Below are positions 8,597-17,507 of a stretch of DNA of 43,130 bases, piece by piece (the first letter of the stretch is position 1; every line of letters starts with the position of its first letter). The stretch is from sequence record MK931439.1; one strand, given 5' to 3'. This DNA is from Escherichia phage Sciku. The translations under genes were made by a program, and so were the position numbers. The notes under the pieces are model-generated. The model saw nothing but the letters and a program-made list of their open reading frames with translations. It was not told where the DNA came from and did not search any database.

Positions 8597-8776
8597 ATGG
8601 CAGATAATTACGTAATCCGCGAAAAGTACACCCACGTTGATATTGTTGATGGTCAGGTGATGCCAGTGCGCGGTGTTGTAGATGCGGATGAGCTTGTAGC
8701 AACACAACCGGATAACGAAGAAGCACACAACAACGGTGGTGGTACTAAGCGTCGTCGCCGTAAGTCTGAGGAATAA
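8597..8776 (+). CDS. small hypothetical protein
   Basis: 59 aa ORF below the track cutoff; AAGGAAAGG RBS; basic C-terminus KRRRRK. Confidence 0.3.
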   Translation: MADNYVIREKYTHVDIVDGQVMPVRGVVDADELVATQPDNEEAHNNGGGTKRRRRKSEE

Positions 8777-8779
8777 TTT

Positions 8780-9292
8780 ATGCCGCTAATCGTGGAAGAC
8801 GGGTCAATAGTCCCGAATGCTGACAGTTACGTTAGCCTGGCCGACGCCCGCGCGTTAGCGGCTAATTATGGTCTTGAGCTACCAGCTGACGATACCACCG
8901 CAGAGGTGGCCCTGCGAAATGGTGCTACGTACGTCGGCCTGTCCGAACCGCAGATGTGTGGTCGCCGTGTGTCCGCCGAGCAGTCGCTGACATACCCGCG
9001 CACCGGGGTAACGCTGAACGGCTTCCCTGTGGCTAACAATGTAATTCCTAAGCAGGTAATTCTTGCACAGGTAATCGCCGCAGTAACATATGGCGCAGGT
9101 ACAGAGGTGAGGGCTAACTCCGACGGACGTTCAGTACAGACTGAGCGCGTAGAGGGTGCAGTAACCGTCACCTACTTCAACAACGGTAGTTCTGGCGCTA
9201 CTACGTCAATCACCGCAGCAGACGACGCCTTGCGCCCGCTTCTTTGCGGCGGCCTTAACAATGGCTTCTCATTTAACGTGTACCGGGGTTAA
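8780..9292 (+). CDS. putative head-tail connector protein
   Basis: 170 aa ORF between capsid and tail genes; positional call only. Confidence 0.35.
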   Translation: MPLIVEDGSIVPNADSYVSLADARALAANYGLELPADDTTAEVALRNGATYVGLSEPQMCGRRVSAEQSLTYPRTGVTLNGFPVANNVIPKQVILAQVIAAVTYGAGTEVRANSDGRSVQTERVEGAVTVTYFNNGSSGATTSITAADDALRPLLCGGLNNGFSFNVYRG

Positions 9293-9294
9293 AA

Positions 9295-9909
9295 ATGGCG
9301 AAGACTAAAACAGAGATATTTACGCTAATCGGGTCTGAATTACCGGATAACACAACCGGGCTAATCACCCCAGCTAAGTTACGCGGGGTGCTAACCCAAA
9401 TGGCTGACTCGCCGATTTATGTCACACCCGGCGTGAAAGAGGTTGAGGTGCTACGTGCCGCATCGACCATAGCACAAGCGCCAACCGCAGTAGATACCGC
9501 ATTGCAGTTAACTTTCGGCTCTGCTCAGGGAAGCGCATCCGACCCCGTGATGATTAACACGGCAGGTTTGGTTACGTTCAACACCGCAGGTAACTACGCC
9601 GTTCGCATCAAGTTACAGGCGGGGCGCACGGGTGCTAGCGGTACATCAATCCTGTTATCGCGTATTCTTCCGAACGGCTCTCAGTACGGCTCGCCAGCTG
9701 CCACGAAACTGGTAAGCGCGGACGTGACCATCCCGATTGAATCCCGCGTCGTTATTAGCCCAACCGCGGGCCAGACTTTTGCCGTTCAGATTATGCGGGA
9801 TAGCGCCGGGAGTAACTTCGGTGGCGTATACCCTCAAGCGGCTACCGTAACTGCATGGGGTACCGCACCGTCCGCGCTACTGGTTATCTCGAGACTGGAG
9901 GCTGCGTAA
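9295..9909 (+). CDS. hypothetical structural protein
   Basis: 204 aa ORF tightly packed in the head-tail joining region. Confidence 0.35.
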   Translation: MAKTKTEIFTLIGSELPDNTTGLITPAKLRGVLTQMADSPIYVTPGVKEVEVLRAASTIAQAPTAVDTALQLTFGSAQGSASDPVMINTAGLVTFNTAGNYAVRIKLQAGRTGASGTSILLSRILPNGSQYGSPAATKLVSADVTIPIESRVVISPTAGQTFAVQIMRDSAGSNFGGVYPQAATVTAWGTAPSALLVISRLEAA

Positions 9910-10268
9910 TGGGTACAGCTTTCAGTAAACGTATGCAAGGCGTGGGCACACGCCTGCTAACCAAATTTGGTAGCACGGTGTCTCTGGTTCGCTCTGGCTC
10001 GAAAGTGTGGGACGAAGTTCTCGGCGAGTACGTCTGGTCTGACGATGAAGTGTTGCCGTTGAAGGCTGTTCCGGTTCCGGTTAACGCAGGACTGGTAAAC
10101 GGTACGACGATTCGGGCTGGCGACATGATTGTTAAAGCCGATTACAGCGTCGTTCCGAAGATGGAAGACAAGGTGCAATTCGGCGGTGAGCAGTGGTCGG
10201 TAGTAGCCATCGAGAAGAAGATGGTTAACAATGATGTCGTGGCCTACTTTATTCAGGTGAGAAAATGA
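9909..10268 (+). CDS. putative head-tail joining protein
   Basis: ATG at 9909 overlapping the upstream stop; positional call. Confidence 0.35.
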   Translation: MGTAFSKRMQGVGTRLLTKFGSTVSLVRSGSKVWDEVLGEYVWSDDEVLPLKAVPVPVNAGLVNGTTIRAGDMIVKADYSVVPKMEDKVQFGGEQWSVVAIEKKMVNNDVVAYFIQVRK

Positions 10269-10660
10269 GTTTCGCGCTTGATGTCTCTAAGTTCGTTGAG
10301 AAGGCGAAGAAGAACCCTGAAACGGTTATGCGTCAGGTGTCTATCAAGCTGTTTTCCGCTATTATAAAGGTGAGTCCGGTAGACAAAGGGCGTTTTCGTA
10401 TGAACTGGATGGCGTCGGGAGGAACCCCCGCTTCCGGAACTACAGACGCTACCGACAAGTCTGGTAACATCGCAATAGGAAACGCCACTAGTTTTGTGCT
10501 GAAAGCCGCAGACTGGTACGAGTTTACGCTGACTAATAACCTGCCGTATGCGCAACGGCTGGAGTACGGTTGGTCGCAACAGGCCCCGCAAGGTATGGTC
10601 AGGACTAACGTGTCACGTTTCCAGCAACTAATTAATGAAGAAGCCAATAAGGTAAAATGA
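10265..10660 (+). CDS. putative tail completion / neck protein
   Basis: 131 aa ORF with ATGA overlap to the neighbour; positional call. Confidence 0.35.
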   Translation: MSFALDVSKFVEKAKKNPETVMRQVSIKLFSAIIKVSPVDKGRFRMNWMASGGTPASGTTDATDKSGNIAIGNATSFVLKAADWYEFTLTNNLPYAQRLEYGWSQQAPQGMVRTNVSRFQQLINEEANKVK

Positions 10661-11073
10661 TGGGCTACTTTGAAGACTTAACCAAAGCGTTCGACGTGCC
10701 GCTGGTAGCCTTCGGAAACACCAACGGCATCAAGATAGCGCTTGAGAACATCGACGCTCCGACGTCAACCGATACGCCATACCTTGCGAGTTACATGCTA
10801 CTGGCGGATACCGAGCAGGCCGACTTATTTTTCACAGAGCAACGCGCCGGTGTTTATCAGGTGGACATTAACTACGCATCGGTGAAAGGTAGCGCGCCAA
10901 TCAATAAAATGGCAGACTTACTTAACACGACATTCAAAGCAGGTAAGTCTTTTTCACGTAACGACATCTGCGCCGAAGTGCAATCGGTTAGCCTGGGGCC
11001 GCTGATTGTAGAAAATGGATGGGCTAAAAGACCATTGTCGATTAACTTTATTGCATTCACCAAGAGGCTGTGA
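10657..11073 (+). CDS. putative tail terminator / minor tail protein
   Basis: 138 aa ORF overlapping the upstream gene; positional call. Confidence 0.35.
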   Translation: MMGYFEDLTKAFDVPLVAFGNTNGIKIALENIDAPTSTDTPYLASYMLLADTEQADLFFTEQRAGVYQVDINYASVKGSAPINKMADLLNTTFKAGKSFSRNDICAEVQSVSLGPLIVENGWAKRPLSINFIAFTKRL

Positions 11074-11075
11074 AT

Positions 11076-12242
11076 ATGGCTACAACTCCTTTTAAGGGCG
11101 CGAATACCGCGCAATTCTATGTGGCGGAAACTACCCCGGGCGTGACACCGACTTCCCCGGTATGGTCGCCGTTGCGTAATACTGGCGGCGTTCCCGCGAT
11201 TACCCGCGACACTTTGACCTCCAACGAACTGGACGGCAGCCGCGAAACTACGTCAATTCGCACTGGTAACAAACAGGTTAGCGGTGAATACGCCATCGAG
11301 CTTAGCTCTAAAAGTCAGGATGACTGGCTGGCAGGTGCTTTAGGCTCTACGTGGCAATCAGGTGTATCCTTAACTGACCTGTCAATTACCGTCGCACCGG
11401 CAGGCAAGACGTTCACCCGTGCTGATGGTAGCTTTATTAACGACGGCGTTGAAGTAGGCGACCTGATTGCGTTTACCAACTTAACGGGAGATAACGCAAA
11501 ACCGTTCATCGTCACTGCGGTAGAGGCACTGGTAGTGACCGGTGCGGGCATCCAGCACACTCTCACCACAGAGACCGCTACTACTGCTGCTAAGACCGGC
11601 GACAAACTGGAAACCGGTAGCCAGTGTAAGACGTTCTCTATTCTCACATGGTACAAAGGCCAGTGCGGCGGGACTGACGCGTACACGCTTACCAAAGGTG
11701 TAGAAGTTTCTGGTTTCACTGTTGAGCAGGCCGTTAACGCGATGGTAACGGGCAGCTTCCCGTTCATCGGGCGCAGCCAGGAGATTCTCACCGAGCCGCC
11801 GTCTGGTTCTGATTTCTCCTCTGTTACGTTTGGTGATGAGCCGTTCTCCTCAGTTGACGTTTCTGTGTTCGATGGCTCTACGCCGTTGCGTTGTGATAGC
11901 TTTACCATCACCAACGACAACAGCGCGTCCGCGCAGTTCGAACTCGGCAACACTAACGTTGCGTTTGTGGAACGTAGCCGCGCGGCCAACACCTTCTCCA
12001 TCTCCGGTAAGCTGTACGACATGGTGATGATTCAGAAGTTTATCAACGAACAGCAGGTAGAGATTAACTCTATTCTGGCGGGGGTAAACGGGGCTATGTC
12101 TTTCAGTCTGAAACGTGCAGAACTCACGGCGGTTACGCCAGAGATTGGTGGTCCTGAGTCAATCACTCAGAGCATAGAAGGACAGTCCACAGGCAATCAA
12201 TATCAATCTTCTATTGTAATACAGCGCATTAGCTACGCGTAA
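11076..12242 (+). CDS. putative major tail protein
   Basis: 388 aa from ATG 11076; Thr/Ser/Gly-rich; upstream of chaperone and tape-measure genes; followed by a strong terminator. Confidence 0.5.
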   Translation: MATTPFKGANTAQFYVAETTPGVTPTSPVWSPLRNTGGVPAITRDTLTSNELDGSRETTSIRTGNKQVSGEYAIELSSKSQDDWLAGALGSTWQSGVSLTDLSITVAPAGKTFTRADGSFINDGVEVGDLIAFTNLTGDNAKPFIVTAVEALVVTGAGIQHTLTTETATTAAKTGDKLETGSQCKTFSILTWYKGQCGGTDAYTLTKGVEVSGFTVEQAVNAMVTGSFPFIGRSQEILTEPPSGSDFSSVTFGDEPFSSVDVSVFDGSTPLRCDSFTITNDNSASAQFELGNTNVAFVERSRAANTFSISGKLYDMVMIQKFINEQQVEINSILAGVNGAMSFSLKRAELTAVTPEIGGPESITQSIEGQSTGNQYQSSIVIQRISYA

Positions 12243-12271
12243 GGAAAAGGCCCCGAAAGGGGCCTTTTCCT
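12243..12271. terminator. bidirectional rho-independent terminator
   Basis: AAAAGGCCCC-GAAA-GGGGCCTTTT perfect hairpin with A-run upstream and T-run downstream. Confidence 0.7.
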
Positions 12272-12429
12272 TATTCCTTCAATTGCATTGGGTAGAAGTT
12301 AACGAGTTCTCCTTTATCCCGAAGCCGTGAATATTCATCTAACGCATCTTGCTGGCTACTCACTGCATAAATATCGTTCCACTCGTCCCATTCTTTGTCG
12401 TATACGCGGATTACATATATTGTTTTCAT
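12271..12429 (-). CDS. small hypothetical protein (moron island)
   Basis: 52 aa ORF MKTIYVIRVYDKEWDEW...; starts 8 nt after the upstream stop. Confidence 0.3.
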   Translation of the reverse strand: MKTIYVIRVYDKEWDEWNDIYAVSSQQDALDEYSRLRDKGELVNFYPMQLKE

Positions 12430-12436
12430 AATATTT

Positions 12437-12667
12437 TCACACATCAATGTTACTCCTGTACTCCCGTAACTTCTCCAGGCTTTCGATTGCCTCAGCTAAG
12501 TCTGTCCAGGTGTCCTTGTGACCACGTAAACCCATACACAATAGCTTCTTCAATGCGTGCTGTAACGCCGGGTCGCGTATGTCGAAGGCGCGTAGCACGT
12601 CGTAAACGTCTACAGTCATAGTGCTGCCGTAGGTGTTTGTCATTGTGCGGTTGTATTTATTTGTCAC
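12437..12667 (-). CDS. hypothetical protein (moron island)
   Basis: 76 aa minus-strand ORF; no motif recognised. Confidence 0.4.
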   Translation of the reverse strand: MTNKYNRTMTNTYGSTMTVDVYDVLRAFDIRDPALQHALKKLLCMGLRGHKDTWTDLAEAIESLEKLREYRSNIDV

Positions 12668-12857
12668 TGTTAACTCTCTTAAATCTGGCTATGCCTGACT
12701 CGTTAATGTTGCCTATTTCAAAGAAGCTGCGATATTTAGGCGAATACATTCTTACATCGCCATTCTCTAGGGTGACTCCTTCGTACACCGCACCTACTTC
12801 GAACCCATTTTTCTCTGCATACGGACTTACCTCGGTGCATTCATACATGTCTTTCAT
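12657..12857 (-). CDS. hypothetical protein (moron island)
   Basis: 66 aa minus-strand ORF overlapping both neighbours. Confidence 0.4.
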   Translation of the reverse strand: MKDMYECTEVSPYAEKNGFEVGAVYEGVTLENGDVRMYSPKYRSFFEIGNINESGIARFKRVNSDK

Positions 12858-13984
12858 CCCAGCATCTCCGGTGAAATAGTTAAACGTGCGACCTCGCCGT
12901 ATTCGGCGCTATAAGTAATTACATTTGCACTGCGGCCTGACATCCACCCGCCGCGGGAGGCGTAGGCATCTTTAGCCGCCAGGGTGCGGTGTTGTTCAAC
13001 AATCATGTTACGGCTTTCTACAATCTTTTGGTGGTGCAGGTGACCTACGTGGGCGTAGCTGTAAACACTCTCGCCGAACGCTTTGCGGAACTTGGCAATC
13101 ATAACCGGTTCGATAATGTCGAATCGCGCCTTATGCCCGTGATGAAAGAACAGCGTCGTTTTGCCGTGTTGCACCATCTTGTAAACATCCGGCGACGTGT
13201 CGACAATCACTCGGCTGTCGTTTGAGTATAAAGTCGCGAACATTTCCGCCAGCCATACGGACCCTACAGGATCGTGATTTCCTTGCACGATAAGCAAGCG
13301 AACGGTTTTATGTTTAACCAGCGCCATATCTACAACACGGCGGACCATACGAATCATGTAGCGGACAAGTTTCTGGTAGCGAGTGTCCGCGTCCAACACA
13401 TGACGTGACTCAGGTGTAACGGCGTCCAGACTATCGAAGTGTACGAAGTCTCCTAGCAGATTAATAACCCCTGTTCCTGCATCCGGTGCTTTCTGAAACG
13501 CCGCATCGAACCATCGAGAGAACAGGTCTTCCGCAATCTTCATATCCCAGTCGTCGCCGCTCTCGTCGGCCCATGCCAGCATACCAAGATGAAAATCAGA
13601 CACGGTGTAAAGATTGAGTAGCTTGTCGTCGCGTTTGGCTCGAGTCGCTTTAACAGGAGCAACGGGCGTAATCTCTGACTTCATGCCTTCGATCACGGCT
13701 TTCATCAATTCAACCTGACGTTCGGCATCGGTGTCGGTCTTAACCCATTGCAACTTAGTGTTGCCGAACTCATCCACAAGTGACGACGTTCCTTTAATCT
13801 TGTAGCCGTCCGGCACAAGGTGGCTAACGTCGCGCCCGTGACCTACGCCTTTCTTCGCCAGCTTCGCTTTACGGATACGGATAACGCGGTCTGAGATTCC
13901 ATACTTACGTGCGATATCAATAATTTTTGTTCCGGCGTTCAATTCTTCCCGTAACTGTTCGTCGGTTATTTTCTTATGAGCCAT
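12854..13984 (-). CDS. HTH domain - calcineurin-like metallophosphoesterase fusion protein
   Basis: N-terminal HTH-like IIDIARKYGISDRVIRIRKAK; then metallophosphoesterase signature blocks SDFHLG, GDFVHFD, GNHD, HHGH, GHLHH; GAGGAA RBS. Confidence 0.7.
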   Translation of the reverse strand: MAHKKITDEQLREELNAGTKIIDIARKYGISDRVIRIRKAKLAKKGVGHGRDVSHLVPDGYKIKGTSSLVDEFGNTKLQWVKTDTDAERQVELMKAVIEGMKSEITPVAPVKATRAKRDDKLLNLYTVSDFHLGMLAWADESGDDWDMKIAEDLFSRWFDAAFQKAPDAGTGVINLLGDFVHFDSLDAVTPESRHVLDADTRYQKLVRYMIRMVRRVVDMALVKHKTVRLLIVQGNHDPVGSVWLAEMFATLYSNDSRVIVDTSPDVYKMVQHGKTTLFFHHGHKARFDIIEPVMIAKFRKAFGESVYSYAHVGHLHHQKIVESRNMIVEQHRTLAAKDAYASRGGWMSGRSANVITYSAEYGEVARLTISPEMLG

Positions 13985-14023
13985 GCTTTACTTCCTCGTG
14001 TTTAGGATTTGTCCTATACTAGC

Positions 14024-14215
14024 TCACTTCTCTTTGACGTTCGAGTTGCACGCCCAGATTAAAATAAATACCCACGGCAGCAGAACCCAACCGAGAAACA
14101 GATTAGCCATGAATATCGCTAATTTAGCTTTATGGTTGCGCATATGCGCCACGAGAAATGGGATAAAATAAACTAAAACGATAATGATTAAGAAGAACAT
14201 AGTAATACCTGTCAT
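14024..14215 (-). CDS. small two-TM membrane protein, putative superinfection-immunity (Imm-like) protein
   Basis: 63 aa from ATG 14215 with AGGAGC RBS; two hydrophobic helices; LFLGWVLLPWVFILIWA resembles the Imm-type motif as I recall it. Confidence 0.45.
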   Translation of the reverse strand: MTGITMFFLIIIVLVYFIPFLVAHMRNHKAKLAIFMANLFLGWVLLPWVFILIWACNSNVKEK

Positions 14216-14255
14216 GGTGTAGCTCCTGTTCGAGTTAACATTGTTGGTGTAAGTG

Positions 14256-14285
14256 AATAGTATCCTATTATGTTGGGGTGCGCAA
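14256..14285 (-). promoter_or_regulatory. sigma70-like promoter with AATAG-N4-CTATT operator (type B)
   Basis: minus strand: -35 TTGCGC (14285-14280), 17-nt spacer, -10 TACTAT (14262-14257); 26-bp block here is an exact inverted copy of 37811-37836. Confidence 0.5.
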
Positions 14286-14393
14286 GTAATGTGATAGAAT
14301 AATTTTGCGCCTAGTGTCGCACACGAAAAGCGGGTGGTTCCCGTCTGGCGCATTTACCATTAACCTGTAACCTCTTAACCAAAGGATTAAAGA

Positions 14394-14810
14394 ATGAAAC
14401 TTTCTGATTTTTATTACGAAGCTGAGGCAGAAAAAGGCGCCCGTATGCCGATACCACTGAAAGACGGCACCGATTCAGGGGAGTGGCTGAACGTTGTTTC
14501 ACCGGAGGCAGACGTTGCTGTTAAAGCTATGAGGGCGTTTACACTTGCGTACCGCGCGGCATTAGGTAAATTGAAACCGCTTCGCGATAAATGCGAGGAA
14601 CTGAAAGATTTCTCGGAATACAACATCAAGATGGAAGACGCCGCAACGGACCTTAACCGCCAGTTAGCGCTTGAACTGGTTAACGGTTGGAGTCTCGACG
14701 ATGAATTTAATAAAGAGAACCTGAATACTCTTTTCTCACAATATAAACGACTCGCTGAACACGTTGTTGTTTTCCACAATGAACAGCTTCACCAATTGCA
14801 GGAAAAGTAG
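14394..14810 (+). CDS. putative tail assembly chaperone
   Basis: 138 aa acidic ORF directly upstream of the tape measure; followed by an ORF in the -1 frame. Confidence 0.5.
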   Translation: MKLSDFYYEAEAEKGARMPIPLKDGTDSGEWLNVVSPEADVAVKAMRAFTLAYRAALGKLKPLRDKCEELKDFSEYNIKMEDAATDLNRQLALELVNGWSLDDEFNKENLNTLFSQYKRLAEHVVVFHNEQLHQLQEK

Positions 14811-14815
14811 ACGCG

Positions 14816-15175
14816 TTGCTCCAGTTTGCCCGTTGGAACTTCATAACCCGCCACAAACGGCGGGAGTTTGACAGTATCGCCGACGGGCATAAAGCCGCGC
14901 TAATTGCTATGGGGGTTATGCAAGACGCGCCGGAAGCAACGCAGGACACAGGGCCGGAATGCCCCCCTGAGCTATTAACCACCTTCGAGAAGTACAGGGA
15001 AATCAAATTCACCCGCCGAGTGGACGATGATGGCATCAAGATGTACCCGCGCGAACAGTTAAGATGGTCGGATTTAGTGGCATACAGCACCGTTTCAGGC
15101 CAGAATATAGGCATGTTCGAATCTGACATCATCATGAGCTTAGACGCTATTTTCGAGGGTAGAAACGATGGCTGA
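14816..15175 (+). CDS. putative -1 frameshift extension of the tail assembly chaperone
   Basis: -1 frame relative to 14394-14810 and open from 14783; overlaps the tape-measure start. Confidence 0.35.
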   Translation: MLQFARWNFITRHKRREFDSIADGHKAALIAMGVMQDAPEATQDTGPECPPELLTTFEKYREIKFTRRVDDDGIKMYPREQLRWSDLVAYSTVSGQNIGMFESDIIMSLDAIFEGRNDG

Positions 15176-17504
15176 TGTAGCTAGTTTAGTTGTAAAAGTA
15201 TCAGAGCAAGGCGCGAAAGCTACATCAGACCGTCTTGATAACCTTTCCAAGTCTGCAAAGGTAGCCGGAGCTGCGGTAGCGGGCCTCGCTTCCATCGTCG
15301 CCGCTACCGCGTACAAGGCCGCACAGGAACTGGTAGACTCCCAACGGCAACTGGACAAGATGTCCGCCAGCCTGAAAACACTAACCGGAAGCACGCAGGG
15401 TGCAAGACAGGCGTTAAGCATCCTGCAAGACTTCGCGCGCGACACCCCGTATGGTCTTGAACAGGCGGTAGAGGGATTCCGTAAACTGGTGGCTCTCGGC
15501 CTTACACCGTCAGAAGAAGCGTTGCGCTCCTATGGCAACACTGCCGCTGCTATGGGTAAAGACCTTAATCAGATGATTGAGGCCGTTGCGGACGCCAGTA
15601 CATTTGAATTTGAGCGCCTTAAAGAATTCGGCATCAAGGCCAAGCAAAACAAAGACGATGTTGAATTTACATTCCAGGGCACCACTACGGTAGTTAAGAA
15701 GAGCGCTGCCGACATCGAGCAATACCTGCTCAACATTGGTAACGTAAACTTCGCGGGGGCTATGGCGGACCAGGCCAACACACTTAACGGCGCCATCGCC
15801 AGTGCCAGCGACTCATGGTCGCAGTTAAAAATGACACTGGCTACCAGCCTTGATGTTGGTGCTCTTGCGGAGCCTATCCGGTACATCGATGATTTAATCC
15901 AGGAACTTAACGCACAGGTAGCATCCGGCGAACTCGCTGCTGAGATGCGTATGTGGGGCGACATCGCGTCAGAAGTGGGAAGCGCGATAGAGATGTCGTT
16001 CGACGCGGCATTTGGTTTCGTAGGCGACGCAATAAACGGGCTGAATGAACTTTGGGACTTTAGTAGTAAAAGTATCACCGATAGCGGTGAACAAACGGCG
16101 ACAACCATCGCGGAATCAGCCGCCGATGCGCTCGATTTCATTGCGGAAGAATTTACCGCGATGGAGCGATTCTTTGAAGATATGGTTAAAGGGGCACAGG
16201 ACGCTGGCCGGTTGGTGAAAGCTGCCTTCACACCAGGGGAATCTGTAGACGTAGCAAAAAACATTAACTTCCAGTTAGGGATGGCACTGGATACTCAGCG
16301 CGATGTTGCGGACCTGACCCGTAAAAGTTTCCGCGAACAGGTGGAGGCTCAGCAAAATATTGTCGCGCTTAAACGCGCGGCATATGACATCGACAAAGAA
16401 GCCGCTAAGGGAGAAGGTCTTAGTAAATTTAAGGTAACTGGTACTGGTGGCGGATCCGAAGATGATAGCGCAGGTGCAAAAGCCGCTAAGAAAGCCGCAG
16501 ATGCGTTCGAGCGCCAGAAGAAAGCCGCTGAGGATTTCTACTACCAGTCGATTCATCTCAATGATGACGTATTCCAGAAAATAGAAGCCAACCAGGAACA
16601 GCAGCTAACCAAGCTACAGGAGTTTTACGGCAATCAGCTTCTTAGCGACCAGCAATACGAGAACGCTAAAACTCAGATTATGCTGGAGGCGGACACTGCA
16701 CGTCAGGAAGAACTCGCCAAGCGAGAGAAAGAACGGCAGGAAAAGAACCAGAAAGGCGAGGACTTCATGGCTCAGATTATGGGTCAGAATGCCGCAGAGC
16801 TTGAGCTTTTGGAGATTCAGGAACAACAAAAACTTGACGTTGCAGACCGATATCGCGAACAGAACCTTATTAACGAGGAGCAGTACCAGGCTGCGGTTAA
16901 TGCTATAAACGACCAGTATGCTTTGAAACGTGCCAACGCTACCGGTAACGCTTTCGGAATGATGGCGGATAACATGAAGGCCTCACTAGGGGAGGCGTCT
17001 GCCGCATACAAAGCGTTTGCCATTGCGCAGGCCACCATCGCCACATACACATCCGCCATCGAGGCTTATAAATCTGCATCGGCTATCCCTATTGTTGGAT
17101 GGGTGCTCGGGCCTGTAGCAGCAGCTACAGCGGTAGCGGCAGGTCTCGCTAACATCAGCAAGATTCGTTCGGCCCGTGAGCAGGGCGGTAACTTAGCCGC
17201 AGGTCAGTTATCTACTATCGCGGAACGTAACAAGCCAGAAGTTATTATGCCTGCAGGGGCGTCACGCGTACGTACCGCGGAACAGATGCGCCAGATTATG
17301 GGCGAGAACGGCAACAAGTCAGGCGGTGACAGCGTGACAATCGTCAACAACACCACCGGACGAGTTGATTCCGCCGTTACAGAGCGTGACGACGAAGGGC
17401 GGTTACGTGTTATCATCAGTGAAACAGTATCGGCGGCGTTACAAGACAGCAACAGTGCAATCTCCAAGTCCCGCCGGGCTACACGAAACCAGCCAGGGTA
17501 TTAA
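15168..17504 (+). CDS. tail tape measure protein
   Basis: 778 aa, Ala/Gln/Glu-rich helical sequence with a hydrophobic segment near the C-terminus; follows the chaperone pair. Confidence 0.8.
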   Translation: MADVASLVVKVSEQGAKATSDRLDNLSKSAKVAGAAVAGLASIVAATAYKAAQELVDSQRQLDKMSASLKTLTGSTQGARQALSILQDFARDTPYGLEQAVEGFRKLVALGLTPSEEALRSYGNTAAAMGKDLNQMIEAVADASTFEFERLKEFGIKAKQNKDDVEFTFQGTTTVVKKSAADIEQYLLNIGNVNFAGAMADQANTLNGAIASASDSWSQLKMTLATSLDVGALAEPIRYIDDLIQELNAQVASGELAAEMRMWGDIASEVGSAIEMSFDAAFGFVGDAINGLNELWDFSSKSITDSGEQTATTIAESAADALDFIAEEFTAMERFFEDMVKGAQDAGRLVKAAFTPGESVDVAKNINFQLGMALDTQRDVADLTRKSFREQVEAQQNIVALKRAAYDIDKEAAKGEGLSKFKVTGTGGGSEDDSAGAKAAKKAADAFERQKKAAEDFYYQSIHLNDDVFQKIEANQEQQLTKLQEFYGNQLLSDQQYENAKTQIMLEADTARQEELAKREKERQEKNQKGEDFMAQIMGQNAAELELLEIQEQQKLDVADRYREQNLINEEQYQAAVNAINDQYALKRANATGNAFGMMADNMKASLGEASAAYKAFAIAQATIATYTSAIEAYKSASAIPIVGWVLGPVAAATAVAAGLANISKIRSAREQGGNLAAGQLSTIAERNKPEVIMPAGASRVRTAEQMRQIMGENGNKSGGDSVTIVNNTTGRVDSAVTERDDEGRLRVIISETVSAALQDSNSAISKSRRATRNQPGY

Positions 17505-17507
17505 CCA

